Of a DNA stretch of 64,000 nucleotides, positions 1 through 10,514 are shown piece by piece. The stretch comes from Naegleria gruberi. Lineage: Eukaryota. The position numbers and the translations under genes are program-made. Location: the NCBI GenBank assembly GCA_000004985.1, contig GG738880.1; one strand, written 5' to 3'. Numbering within the stretch: the stretch's first letter is position 1; the number at the start of each line of letters is the position of its first letter. The notes beneath the pieces were generated by a model that saw only the letters and a program-made list of their open reading frames with translations, ran no database searches and had not been told where the DNA came from.

Positions 1-470
1 TTACGTGAATGTTTTTCCTGTACCAGTTTGTCCACTTTATCACATTATTATTGGTACACTTAAAGAGTTGAATACTTACTAAGCAAATATGGTACCATTA
101 TAACCCTCAGTAACTGCAGCTATGGTATCCCTCACAGATTCATACAATTCACCTTGAGTAGTTTCCTTTGGGAATACATGATCAAAAAACATTTCCGATC
201 TAGATTTTCCCTTTTTGATTACAACTGTGCTTTCCTACGTGATTTTAGTTTTGGTTACCCTCCAAGAGTTTTAATTCAGACTTACATCAACAACAGATAT
301 CGATTCCTCATGGTCCTGTTCATAATCCAATTGTGGTCGCACTCTAATAGCAACCTTAATATTTTCTCTATTATCGGAAGGGCTGGATATAGACGATTTG
401 CTCTTGACCTTTTTTAATTGATCCAACGAAGAACCTCCTTCAACAATCTACACAATGTTAATATTGAAAC
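1..470 (-). CDS. Kinesin motor protein, partial (3' part continues beyond window start). Exons on the minus strand at about 286..~470, 80..234 and 1..34, with introns 235..285 and 35..79. The 5' end and start codon are unresolved.
   Basis: Minus-strand translation gives NIKVAIRVRPQ...[47 protein letters not shown], which matches the N-terminal kinesin motor motifs (P-loop GQTGTGKT). GTAAGT donors and AG acceptors restore the frame. Confidence 0.75.
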
Positions 471-1179
471 CGTAGAAAAAGACACTAACCTTTGAGATTG
501 TATTTACCGAAGAAATGTCCAGTAGTGAAAGAGTGGCCGAAGGGTTCCTCTTCATTCCTTAATTTTTTAAATGATAAATTTAAAAGTGGCGCCAAACTGC
601 AGCAATGTGAAGAATCAATAATGATCATATTCAGTAACAGTAACAAACAGCAAGTCAAATTAGATGTCATTGGTTTGTAGGCCATGGTTGATTATTGGTA
701 TGTTTGAATTGTGTGATAGAATGTAGTTAAAAGTGCAATAGAATGTAAAATTCGATATTGCTCGTTCCTCATCCAATTAATTTGGTGGTTGAGTTGCAAT
801 AAAGTACTTTAATTATTATTGTGATGTTTCAACTGCTTTTTAATGTTCGGAGGTGTAATTGTTATATTTTGATGATGTAAAACACATTCCTGTGATGGTC
901 AATCGAAAATACTTTCGTGTAGTCTATTGGTATTGACAGTGAAAAAGTTAAGCACCTTCAATAACCAACTTGCATTAATTTTTCTTACAATCAGAAAAGC
1001 GTGGACGTTAAACGCAGCCACCTGTTCAAACACCGAACAAGTGAGTAATTTTTGTGTTTTGGAGAGGATTTGAAGACTCGACCCTCATCAGCATTCAGCG
1101 CTAAGTTTTGTTGTAAAAGGCGAGTTTTTGCGCTAACTATTAAAAACTTCGTCGAAAAAAAAACAGCCAAAACATCAAA

Positions 1180-2073
1180 ATGGTCTTTGTTAAAATCCAA
1201 AAAACCAAGGCTTACTTCAAGAGATATCAAGTCAAGTTCAGAAGACGTAGAGAAGGTAAGACTGACTACAGAGCCAGACAAAAGTTGATCACTCAAGACA
1301 AGACTAAGTACAATACTCCAAAGTACAGATTCGTTGTCAGAGTTACCAACAAGGACATTGTCTGTCAAATTGTTGCTCCAAAGTTGAAGGGTGATGAAGT
1401 CATCTGTGCTGCTTACTCTCACGAACTCACCAGATTCGGTATTCCAGTCGGTCACACCAACTATGCTTCCGCTTATGCCACTGGTCTTTTGCTCGCCAGA
1501 AGATTGTTGAAGAAGGTCGGTTTGGACACCAGATATGCTGGTATCACTGAAACTGATGGTAGCGTTTTCTTGGTTGAACAAGCTGAAGATGCTCCAAGAC
1601 CATTCAAGGCTTTCCTTGATGTTGGTTTGGTCAGAACTACCACTGGTAACAGAGTTTTCGGTGCTTTGAAGGGTGCTTGTGATGGTGGTTTGTATATTCC
1701 ACACTCCAACCAAAGATTCCCAGGTTTCAACAAGGAAGACGATTCATACAATGCTACTGCTCACCGTGAAAGAATCTATGGTGTCCACGTTGGCAAGTAC
1801 ATGAAGTCATTGAAGGAAGCCAACGAAGAAGAATTCAAGGCTAAGTTCTCTCAATTCATCAAGAATGGTGTTACTGCTGAAAACATTGAAAAGAAGTACA
1901 AGGAAGCTCATGCTGCTATTAGAAAGAACCCAGACGCTGTCAAGACTGAAAAGACTGCTCCAAAGACTCAAAAGAGATTCTCCAAGGAAAAGTTGGACCT
2001 CAAGTCAAGAAAGCAAAGAATCGAATCCAAGAAGGCTAAGCTCATTGAAAAGCTCAATGCTATCCAACAATAA
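1180..2073 (+). CDS. RPL5: 60S ribosomal protein L5 (uL18), single exon
   Basis: 297-aa ORF beginning [36 protein letters not shown]...[17 protein letters not shown], the canonical eukaryotic L5 N-terminus. Codon choice is GC3-biased, as expected for a highly expressed gene. Confidence 0.95.
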   Translation: MVFVKIQKTKAYFKRYQVKFRRRREGKTDYRARQKLITQDKTKYNTPKYRFVVRVTNKDIVCQIVAPKLKGDEVICAAYSHELTRFGIPVGHTNYASAYATGLLLARRLLKKVGLDTRYAGITETDGSVFLVEQAEDAPRPFKAFLDVGLVRTTTGNRVFGALKGACDGGLYIPHSNQRFPGFNKEDDSYNATAHRERIYGVHVGKYMKSLKEANEEEFKAKFSQFIKNGVTAENIEKKYKEAHAAIRKNPDAVKTEKTAPKTQKRFSKEKLDLKSRKQRIESKKAKLIEKLNAIQQ

Positions 2074-2279
2074 ATTCTCTAACCTCGCAATTTTCAAAAA
2101 CAAACTGTACATAAAACAAACATAAAAATTATAAATTATTAAAAAATTAAGTTCTCTTCTACCTATCACATCACTTGAAAAACTGATAGTGGACTATTCG
2201 AACTGAAGGATGAGAACGTGATTTTCGTCATCTAATCAACTTTCGACATCGAGTTTCGAACTCATAAAGAAAAAAAACA

Positions 2280-3576
2280 ATGCTTCAACGTGACTTTGGT
2301 CATTCAAGTTTCGGAATCAGATCCTTATGCTGCAAATCAAAATTTAGAACCTTTATCTTTATTTTGTGGCTCTTCTTCTTTGTATTCTGTGGATATTATC
2401 TTTATTTAATCTCATCTATTCAGAATGTTAAGGAGGATGTGGAAGATACATTCAATGATGACATTAAATTGGATAATCATCAAACTCTCTCTGTCATTCC
2501 TATTCTAATTTTTACTTACAAGAGACCCGATTACCTAAAGAAAACTATTGATACACTGCTGGAGTAAGTTTACATTAAATCAATGAGAAAGTATTAAAGG
2601 AAATTAATGAAGATACATACCTGAATCTGGATTTGATTTACTCGTCTCTCAAGATGGATATGAGGAACAAGTGACAAAAGCTATCAAAAGATATGGAGGA
2701 AAAATTAAACATCATTTTCAAAGAGAGAGAAATGTAATCATGACTGATAAGAATCCAAACTTTTTATCATATTATGCTATTGCACAACACTACAAATTTG
2801 GAATTGATAGTGTCTTCAAAGCTGATGAAAAATATGATAGAATCATTATTTTGGAGGAGGATTTACAAGTTTCAAATGACTTTTTTGATTACTTTGGCAA
2901 ATTGTCACCTTTATTGGATAGGGATAGTTCTCTATTTTGCATTTCTGCTTGGAACGATAATGGAATGAGTGATTTCGTACAGGATTCTCCCAAAGTATAT
3001 AGATCTGACTTCTTCCCAGGACTTGGTTGGATGATGACACGAAAATTGTGGGAGGAAGATTTTGGTCCAAAGTGGCCATTAGGATTTTGGGATGATTGGA
3101 TCAGAGAAGGTCAAAATAGAAGGGGAAGAGCTTGTATAAGGCCTGAAATCTCTAGAACATTCACATTTGGATCTGTGGGAGGAGCAAGTTCCAATCAGTT
3201 TTCAAACTTCCTCAGTAGAATTAAATTGAATAGTGAAAAGGTTGACTGGGAACATTTTGATATTAATTCACTCAGAAAATCCAATTATGACAGGAATTTA
3301 ATTCAAGAAGTCAACTCGGCTACTCTTGTTAATAGTGTTGCAGAATTACTCAATAAGGAGAGAAGGAATGAGAATATTCGATTGATATATTCTAACAGTG
3401 AGGAGTATTTGGACATTGCCAGACAATTAGGAATTATGGATGATATCAAATCAGGAGTACCAAGAGGAGCCTATTTAGGAATTGTAACAGTAAAGTGGAG
3501 ATCCAATACTTTACACATTACAACCAAATCACTCAAACCAGTAACATATAGAAACTCTTCACCTTACAAATTGTGA
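2280..3576 (+). CDS. Alpha-1,3-mannosyl-glycoprotein 2-beta-N-acetylglucosaminyltransferase-like (GlcNAc-transferase I, GT13), type II membrane protein. Exons 2280..2563 and 2613..3576, intron 2564..2612 (49 nt).
   Basis: The N-terminal TM anchor is followed by IPILIFTYKRPDYLKKTIDTLLE|YIPESGFDLLVSQDGYEEQVT, and the protein includes EEDLQVSNDFFDYF and CISAWNDNG. These parallel the MGAT1 motifs LLHYRPSAELFPIIVSQDCGHEET, EDDLEVAPDFFEYF and CVSAWNDNG. The splice (GA|gtaagt...tgaag|A) restores the frame exactly. Confidence 0.8.
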
Positions 3577-3950
3577 CAATTATTTGGAGCATTTTAAAAT
3601 AACTCCCATTGGTCTTGGATATATTCCTACTCATCCCTTAATACAGTAACACCCACAGTTAGAAGCAGTAATTTCTACCATGAAACAGAATTTAATAACA
3701 ATCCCAATAATGAGATTCAAAAAAGTTACTACTCTATAATCTCCTGTACATTCGCTTCTCACGATCAGTACTGGTAAAACCTCAAAAAATGGGACGTTAC
3801 TGAAAAATTATTTTAAAAAAAAGAACACGATTGAGGTGTGCAACACTAGAGCGCAAAATTTACGACTATTTTTTTTCTAAGGATTTTTCTTCATCAAAAT
3901 CCAAACAAGTTTAATAAGAACAACAACAACAATAATATTGGAGGATTTAA

Positions 3951-4971
3951 TTGTACATAGGGATGATCGTATTACCATCACAAGCCGAAGGAAGGGAAAT
4001 GAAGATGAGTTTCAGACCATCAGCAAAGAATGATTCATCGGCCTTTGTTGCTGCTCTTCATAAGGAACCTTCTGCTGATAAAGTAAAAAAGGAATCAAAG
4101 AAGAATATAGACTCGATAAGACATGTTATACGCGAAGAGGATAAAAAGATTGATATATCATTGACTTCAGTTGATGGCCCTTTATTTGTAAGTGTTGGTT
4201 AAATACCAAAAAGGCGATAAGGAATTAATTCTCTTACTATTATTTAGAATCATGCTGTTAAGAGACATTTCATCAAACCACCAGTAACTCAATCATTGGA
4301 TCGATCAGCAGGAAAGAAGAGAGTGGAAATTACAAAGGAGGAACGTTATGAAAGAGCTGGTGTTTCCACACTGAAGGAAGAAGCACAATTCCATAAAAAG
4401 ATCTTTAAAGAACAACCAGAACGTAGGGATAAACCACAAGGAAAGGCAGTTGTGAGAGCCACACCAGATCCTCAAGTTGCTGGTAAAATATCCTGCCCTT
4501 CTGAAAAGGAATCAAGAAGAAAATTATTTGCCGATAAGAACACTGTTGCAAAGAAGGAATATGACTTTAAGGACAGTAGAAAGAGGATTTCAAGTCCAAA
4601 ATATAAAAGCATTACAGCTCCATTCCCAGTCAGAGGTGGAGGAATGATGCCAGAGGATGCAAAGATTGGTATTAAGGTGCATTCTTCAACCAAACCAAAA
4701 GATCACGGAGATGTTATTTCATATACATTTGGTAAGTGATTTGATTTTTCAATATTAACATTTATTGATAAAAGCATCCATGAAGGATAAGGAACAAAAG
4801 CCAACGGCTCCTAATAAGGAAAGATTAGCTTACGAAAAGTTGATAACAGAATGCGGAAAACAACAAGCTCAAGAGAATAGTGCAGTCTACAATTATTTAA
4901 AATCAAGGAGATCAGCTAGCTCACTAGCTTTAACAGAGCATTTATATGATCACAAAGGTCCAGTTGTGTAG
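3951..4971 (+). CDS. Hypothetical lysine-rich protein. Three exons at 3951..4187, 4248..4731 and 4775..4971, with introns of 60 and 43 nt. The start could be a later in-frame ATG.
   Basis: Three consecutive ORFs in the supplied ORF track are joined by GTAAGT donors (TTT|gtaagtg and TTTG|gtaagtg) and AG acceptors (tatttag| and ataaaag|). I recognised no domain. Confidence 0.5.
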
Positions 4972-5040
4972 AATAATACTAGGAATTTCTTCAAAATGTA
5001 AAATAAAATTATTGAATGTTGCTAATTGAATACTGATTAT

Positions 5041-6085
5041 TTAATAAGTATCAATATATTTAGCTCTAGCATCAGCTCTAGCTAACCATCCCTTCAAGAA
5101 CTTGTTATTGGCAGTACCTGGTCTTCCCCAATACAAATAATCCTTTCTGTGTCTTTCGTTCAAAAGTCTAGCGAATGCCTTAGCATCTTGATTCTTGTAT
5201 CCACCGAGTTCATTGAGGTATTGTCTTGATCTACCAGTACCAGAGTTGACAGCAATATCAGCACAGACATAGAAAGCAGGTTGTGGCAAGTTAGCACATC
5301 CTCCTGGAGTGAAATAATTAGTAGTGTACAATTTGGCAGCACATGTCTTATAAACAGCAATATTCTTATTGTAAGCATAGTAACAGAAATCAGCTGGATG
5401 ACCAGTGTAACCACTAGCCAATGGAGCAAAGATTCCATTTCTATTATTCCAACATTCACTATTGTATTTAAGAAATAATATTAATTGTCAGATGTCAACA
5501 GTTCAGTAAACTAATAAATTTCAATTGAAACACTTACGCTGGAATAACACCCATACAAGTGTAACCAATCTTTCCTTGGAATGAATTTCCAGAATCACTA
5601 GCCCAATTTTGACACTTTCCTTCACTCTTGAAAATTTCAGCCAAAGCTTCAGCAGCCTTATCACCAGTCTTACTATCACGTCCACCGGCAGTTGATGATG
5701 AACCAGTATTAGTATTACTATTAGAACATGCCATCTTTAAAAATTGAGCAGAAACCCATTGATTGTCACCAATACGAGCCCATTTAGTTCCATCCTTATC
5801 AGTAGTTTCATAGACAGTGACAGGAACATTATTTCCCAAAGTCTTGACGAGGTTTCCACCAGGACTTGTTCTAACGTTCAATGCGGAGGCAACATTGGTA
5901 CAACGAGATTCTGGAGCGAAGGCTTGTTGATCAGCCAATGATTGGACATTCTTTTCGAGTAATTGTTGTTTAATTTCTTGGATCAAAGCTTTGGCTAATT
6001 TCTTCTCTAATGAGAGAGCACTTGTCAAACCAAGAATGACACACAAGAAGGTGGTGATGAGGAGAATCACGGAGAGCTTTTGCAT
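5041..6085 (-). CDS. Secreted bacterial-type peptidoglycan hydrolase with signal peptide, SH3b-like domain, GH108 lysozyme-like domain and PG_binding_3 domain. Exons 6085..5538 and 5458..5041, intron 5459..5537 (79 nt).
   Basis: The N-terminus MQKLSVILLITTFLCVILGLTSALS has a signal-peptide shape. An SH3b-like segment follows (VRTSPGGNLVKTLGNNVPVTVYETTDKDGTKWARIGDNQWV). A GH108-like core follows: KSEGKC...GKIGYT...LPQPAFYVCADIAVNSGTGRSRQYLN, where GH108 has EGGY...GIT...FD.AVN.G...A...LQ. A PG_binding_3-like tail follows: LNERHRKDYLYWGRPGTANNKFLKGWLARADA. The splice (GC|gtaagtg...caatag|T) joins the two ORFs in frame. Confidence 0.6.
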
Positions 6086-6256
6086 TTTTTTTTGTGATGA
6101 GAAAATTGATACTATTTTTAAGAATTTTGGTTATCATAATGATTATCAAAACTATTGGAAAGATCAGTAAATTGAGATTTGAGAAATACAACAAATTTTA
6201 GTGTTTGTAAATTAGACTCTAAAAATATATTAAGAAAATTTTCAAAGTGAATGTAA

Positions 6257-6330
6257 GCCTTCCTAGCTCAGTTGGCAGTAGCGCTGTCCTAGTAAGACAG
6301 AGGTCTTGGGTTCGATTCCCAAGGGAGGCA
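6257..6330 (+). tRNA. tRNA-Thr (anticodon AGT)
   Basis: 74-nt cloverleaf. The acceptor stem gccttcc/ggaggc has one G-U pair. The D arm is agctcagttggcagtagcgc. The anticodon stem ctgtc/gacag has loop cTAGTaa. The T arm is ttggg-ttcgatt-cccaa with the GTTCGATTC box. A T-run lies downstream. Confidence 0.85.
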
Positions 6331-6383
6331 TAGTTTTTGCATTTTCTATATTTTTACAAATGGGTTTATTCATATTTTACAAT

Positions 6384-7218
6384 TTAGAAAGAAGTCCAAC
6401 CTCCATCCACAGTCATAACACTTCCATTCACAAAACTGGCATCATCAGACACCAAAAACAATGCAACCTTTGCCAATTCTTCTGGTTGACCAAGTCTAGG
6501 AATCAACTTAGTTCCCAAATACATTTTTCCAGCTCCCAATGGATGAGGTGACTTGATTTCAATTCCAGTAGCAACACTTCCAGGTGCAATAACATTACAT
6601 CTGATCTTATCACTGTAATGGAATGCAACATTCTTACTCATTCCAACTAATGCATGCTTACTTGCAGTGTAGGCAATTCCAGCTCTACCACCATGTAATC
6701 CACCAACTGAGGCAATGTTTACAATGGATCCATTACCTTTTTCAAGGAAAATTGGAATTGCTTTTCTCATGGTTCTCATTGGAGCTGTTGTGTTAACAGA
6801 CATGACTTTCTCCCACAATTCATCTGAAATATCGTGACATGGAACAAAGTTGTCCATGATACCTGCATTATTGACCAAGATATCTAGTGTTCCAAACTTG
6901 TTGATTGTTTCTTCGAAGAGTTTGTCCACTTCTTCTTGTTTGGATACATCACATTTGTGTCCAAAAGCTACACCTCCTAATTTTTCAATTTCTTCAACAG
7001 TTTCTTGAATTCTTTGTTCAACAACATCAGTAACCACAACCTTGCATCCTTCTTCAGCATATGTAAGGGCGATAGCCTTTCCCATTCCTTTAATAAAACC
7101 ATAAATTAACACATGGACACAGTTCCATTAAAACAGTAAAATAAAAAACAAACTTACCAGAGCCAGATCCAGTAACAATGGCAACTCTTCCTTGCAATTT
7201 CTTTGTTTCAGTACTCAT
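6384..7218 (-). CDS. Short-chain dehydrogenase/reductase (3-oxoacyl-ACP reductase or glucose dehydrogenase-like). Exons 7218..7158 and 7087..6384, intron 7088..7157 (70 nt).
   Basis: Exon 1 encodes MSTETKKLQGRVAIVTGSGSG, and the splice (G|gtaagt...ttattaaag|GA) completes the Rossmann motif TGSGSGMGKAIA. Downstream the protein has NNAGI and the YTASKHALVGMSK (YxxxK) catalytic motif. Confidence 0.85.
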
Positions 7219-7345
7219 TATTAAACAGTTATTGGTTGGTGTATATTTCTTGTTGTTTTTTTATTGATTGTCATTAAATTGAAAAGCATTTCAATTTAAT
7301 GCTGATTCCTTACACCGATAACAGCGATACAAAGAAGAGGACTTG

Positions 7346-7496
7346 AACTTCTCAAACAATTTGTCCATCAACCTTCACAGGCCATGGTTAGAACCAATGA
7401 ATACTTTTTGATGTTGTTCATAACCTCGAGGAGAGTATGGTTTGATGTTGTTGGTGATTTCATTCGAAGGTTGATGGACAAATTGTTTGAGAAGTT
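7346..7496. repeat. Perfect 31-bp inverted repeat with arms at 7346..7376 and 7466..7496 and an 89-bp spacer. It lies in the intergenic or 3' region between the SDR gene and the FAD-oxidoreductase gene.
   Basis: The left arm aacttctcaaacaatttgtccatcaaccttc is the exact reverse complement of the right arm gaaggttgatggacaaattgtttgagaagtt. The spacer itself contains the ccatgg and ggttagaacc palindromes and a direct tgatgttgtt repeat. Confidence 0.8.
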
Positions 7497-7539
7497 GGCA
7501 AACTGAATTAGTTGACTGAATTATCAAATTCTAATAACT

Positions 7540-8922
7540 TTACATACCTTTTTGGGATTGAAGTATTGAGCAATAAACCAATTTGGTTTCTTTTACATTA
7601 GTTACATCGCCAATGGCAAACATATTTTTGAATGGTTGGTCGTTTTCATCTAAAACTTGTAAATGATTATTAACTTGGATGAAACCGTTCGAATCCAAAC
7701 TATTTGGAAATTCGTCTCTTAACATTTCAGATTGTGGTTTCAATCCAGTGCACAGAAAACAAACATCACATTCAATATCAATGAATGTATTCAATTGACT
7801 ATTCTGAATTCTAAAAGTTGTTGAATTTGATTGAGAAACAATCTCACTCCATAGGTGAATCTTTACATTTCTCATTGTTTCGAATACTTCACTAACTTTC
7901 TTACTTGCTTCTTCACTAGAAGGTTTCATAATTCTGTCAGATCTTTGAATAATATGAATAGTCTTTTCAGGATACTTTTCAGCAATAGAGCCTGCAATTT
8001 CACAGCCAACAAAACCTCCACCCACAATACAAATATCTTTCAGAGATGAGTTTCTGATAAATTCATGAGAATCGAGAATGCTTTGGGAATTGTAACAATT
8101 TACAAACTTGATTTGATTGTCAGAGCGGAGAGTTGGTAAATTGAAACGACATGTACATCCAGTACCAATCAATACGAAATCATATTCTATAGTTTCAGTG
8201 ATTTCCTCAGTTGACTTGGAATGAATTCGATAATGAATGAGGGATTTGTCAATTTTTGAAACCTTTCCAGCAATACAATTTGCTCTTGGAAGAGTGTTTG
8301 CATGATTAACAGATAAATGTTCAGCCACTGCCTTATCTTTGACCATAAAAGGAAAACCAGGAGCAAAATCCAAAGCTCCGTTGAGATCAATAATTGTGAC
8401 ATCAAATAAATCTCTGATGGTTTTATCCTTACATGCAGTGTAGCCACCGAAACCACCTCCAACAATAACTAATCTAGGTTTCATTGAAAGTTTAAATAGG
8501 TTTCTGTCAATTTTGGAAGAATCGTTTGGTTTGAAAAGGTTTAGAACAATTGAAACTAAACCTTGCAATGGATGAAATAGTCCTAAATTGGATGTTTCAG
8601 CAATGGGTTCTATCCAATTCATAATGCACATAATCTTCACTACAAGATAGAATTGACTTTCAGAAATGTCAAAAGTCTTTTCCATTAAATCCATCAAATC
8701 ACCCAAATAAAAGCAGTAATGTTGTAGTTGACCAAACCATTCAATTCTTCTTGAGTGCATTTTCAAACCACTTTCAAACCTTCTCATTCTGTAAATTGAG
8801 AATTCCTTCAAAACCTTGACAAACTCTCCATTCATTATTTCTTCAATTTGTTCTCTTGTCAAATTGGTTTCTGACTTTAAATATTCGAAACCCTTCTTGA
8901 TTACTTCTTGTTGTGTTTGCAT
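7540..8922 (-). CDS. FAD/NAD(P)-dependent pyridine-nucleotide-disulfide oxidoreductase, AIF/FSP1 (AIFM2)-like. The C-terminus may continue into a further small exon through a GTATGT donor at about 7545.
   Basis: Two Rossmann folds: RLVIVGGGFGGYTAC and ICIVGGGFVGCEIAGS. The protein also has GTGCT and AIGDV motifs, with a 150-aa N-terminal extension. The ORF ends ...QSQKGM*, where AAAG|GTATGT is a plausible donor. Confidence 0.65.
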   Translation of the reverse strand: MQTQQEVIKKGFEYLKSETNLTREQIEEIMNGEFVKVLKEFSIYRMRRFESGLKMHSRRIEWFGQLQHYCFYLGDLMDLMEKTFDISESQFYLVVKIMCIMNWIEPIAETSNLGLFHPLQGLVSIVLNLFKPNDSSKIDRNLFKLSMKPRLVIVGGGFGGYTACKDKTIRDLFDVTIIDLNGALDFAPGFPFMVKDKAVAEHLSVNHANTLPRANCIAGKVSKIDKSLIHYRIHSKSTEEITETIEYDFVLIGTGCTCRFNLPTLRSDNQIKFVNCYNSQSILDSHEFIRNSSLKDICIVGGGFVGCEIAGSIAEKYPEKTIHIIQRSDRIMKPSSEEASKKVSEVFETMRNVKIHLWSEIVSQSNSTTFRIQNSQLNTFIDIECDVCFLCTGLKPQSEMLRDEFPNSLDSNGFIQVNNHLQVLDENDQPFKNMFAIGDVTNVKETKLVYCSILQSQKGM

Positions 8923-9478
8923 TTTTTTGTTTCTTTGTTTAATTGATCAATGGCTTTTGCTGACTTTAAAGAAACTGAAAGGTTGACTAAACTCCATGAA
9001 CCCCAAATCCATTCGAAACGGAGAAATAATTGAAATGAACGCTTCTCAGAAAAATTACTTTTATTGAAAGTTTGTTTGCCAATGAAGTTGACTGACGAAT
9101 AAAAGAGGAAATAATGTTGGATTGCAATGGAGTCCATTACGTATTTAACTTTATTCCAAACACCATTTTACCATTTCCATTGAAATGCTGCGACTCCTTT
9201 TTTAGTGTATTGACATTCTCAAGTGAGGCCAAGTGTTGGATTGATGTTGGTGAATGAACAGTAGGGCCGAATGATATAGAGAGGCATGTGAACTCAATAG
9301 AAGAGTTTGTAGTCTTAAGTTGTGTAAATTCAGTTGTGAATTTGGGAGGATTTGTTCAAAATCTCAAAATTCATTCTTTGAGAATTCTATGCTTTATTGA
9401 ATGATTTTTAAGAAATGGAATATTGAATTTCTCTGAAGATTGTAAAATCTTTATTGTACAATAAATATGAAATGTTGC

Positions 9479-10342
9479 TTAGTGTGAAATGTTGCATTCC
9501 TTGATAATTTGCTCAGCTTCCTTTAGTGCTTGCTGTTCTGGAATGTGGTAGAGATTTTGAAGAGCTGAGGAAATTTCTTTTTGAGCTTGTTTTGAATTGA
9601 CCTTTTCACATAATTTCACAATTTCAACAAGAGGAGATGATTTTCTTGGAGATGTTGGTGATGTACTAATAGTACTTGCTTCATTCTTAACACCTTCTTG
9701 CAAGGAGTGTGTTAAAACCTTCTCAAAGAAAGTGGTCTTGGAATTTGTTGAAACTCTTTCCTTTTCCTTCAATATTTCCTCAGAATCTTGTGCAGTTTGT
9801 TGAAGTGGTGTAAGCTTTGGGAAAGCCATTTCGTATTTTCCAACAAAAATGTTTCCAAATGTTTCACTAATTTCCTTTTCATGTTTTTCAATCCAACCAA
9901 TGGAAGAACTATTTGTTAATTTGTAATGTTTGTTATTTACAATAAGAACAAGTGGTATTTGTCGTGAAAATACATGTTCATAGATGAGTTGAATAGTTGC
10001 CACATCATTCTTTGTAACTTTCTTATCGGAAATAACACAAATTAACATGTGAATTCCAAAATCTAATTTTTGAATGGTTTGTTTTAATTGTTTGTAGGCA
10101 TTGAAGGTGGTAACAACTTGGTCAGTGATGGATTCACTCTCAGCTGCAAACCAGCCCAAAATATCGAATAATTCATATTCTATTCCATTGTATGAACAGT
10201 TGACACTAGAAATATTGGCATGAGCAGAAGTATCTCCAATTGTAAGAGAAGAATTGGTTATTTGGTTGATAATTGTTGACTTTCCAACACCTGTAGGACC
10301 AATAATGAGAAGTTTCTTTGTTTGAGTGGTGGCAGATGGCAT
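9479..10342 (-). CDS. Divergent P-loop GTPase (AIG1/GIMAP-like, TRAFAC class)
   Basis: Walker A motif KKLLIIGPTGVGKSTIINQI sits near the N-terminus, followed by an IGDTS switch-like segment, a hydrophobic beta-strand MLICVISD and NNKH (an NKxD-like G4 motif). The C-terminal half is low-complexity. Confidence 0.45.
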   Translation of the reverse strand: MPSATTQTKKLLIIGPTGVGKSTIINQITNSSLTIGDTSAHANISSVNCSYNGIEYELFDILGWFAAESESITDQVVTTFNAYKQLKQTIQKLDFGIHMLICVISDKKVTKNDVATIQLIYEHVFSRQIPLVLIVNNKHYKLTNSSSIGWIEKHEKEISETFGNIFVGKYEMAFPKLTPLQQTAQDSEEILKEKERVSTNSKTTFFEKVLTHSLQEGVKNEASTISTSPTSPRKSSPLVEIVKLCEKVNSKQAQKEISSALQNLYHIPEQQALKEAEQIIKECNISH

Positions 10343-10514
10343 TGTTTTTTTTGATGTGTTTTTGAAAAGATAACAAAAAGTGCGAACAATTTAAAAAGGA
10401 TCTTTTTGAGTTGGGAACTTTTTTGGAAGTTATCACAATGTCTAAATTTTTACTAAAAGAGCTTAAGTGAATAAAGCAATCGAAAAATAAAAATGGTGTT
10501 TATTTACAAGGTTT

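Noticed and set aside
991-1713. 240-aa ORF on the minus strand, together with the smaller ORFs at 1052..1288 and 1473..1751
   Set aside because: It lies entirely antisense to and inside the highly conserved RPL5 CDS. It has an S/T-rich low-complexity composition typical of antisense reading of a GC3-biased gene.
4296-4298. Methionine starts in the ORF track that are really TTG or GTG codons. Examples are 4296, 4765, 5421, 32395, 50103 and 30862.
   Set aside because: These are alternative-start calls from the ORF finder. In a eukaryote the real starts should be ATG, or the ORF piece is an internal exon. I moved the starts or joined exons accordingly.
7377-7545. Extra 3' exon of the AIF-like gene reached through a GTATGT donor at about 7545 and an acceptor inside the inverted repeat
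   Set aside because: It reads in frame for ~50 aa but has no homology support and overlaps the hairpin element. I mention it only as a possibility.
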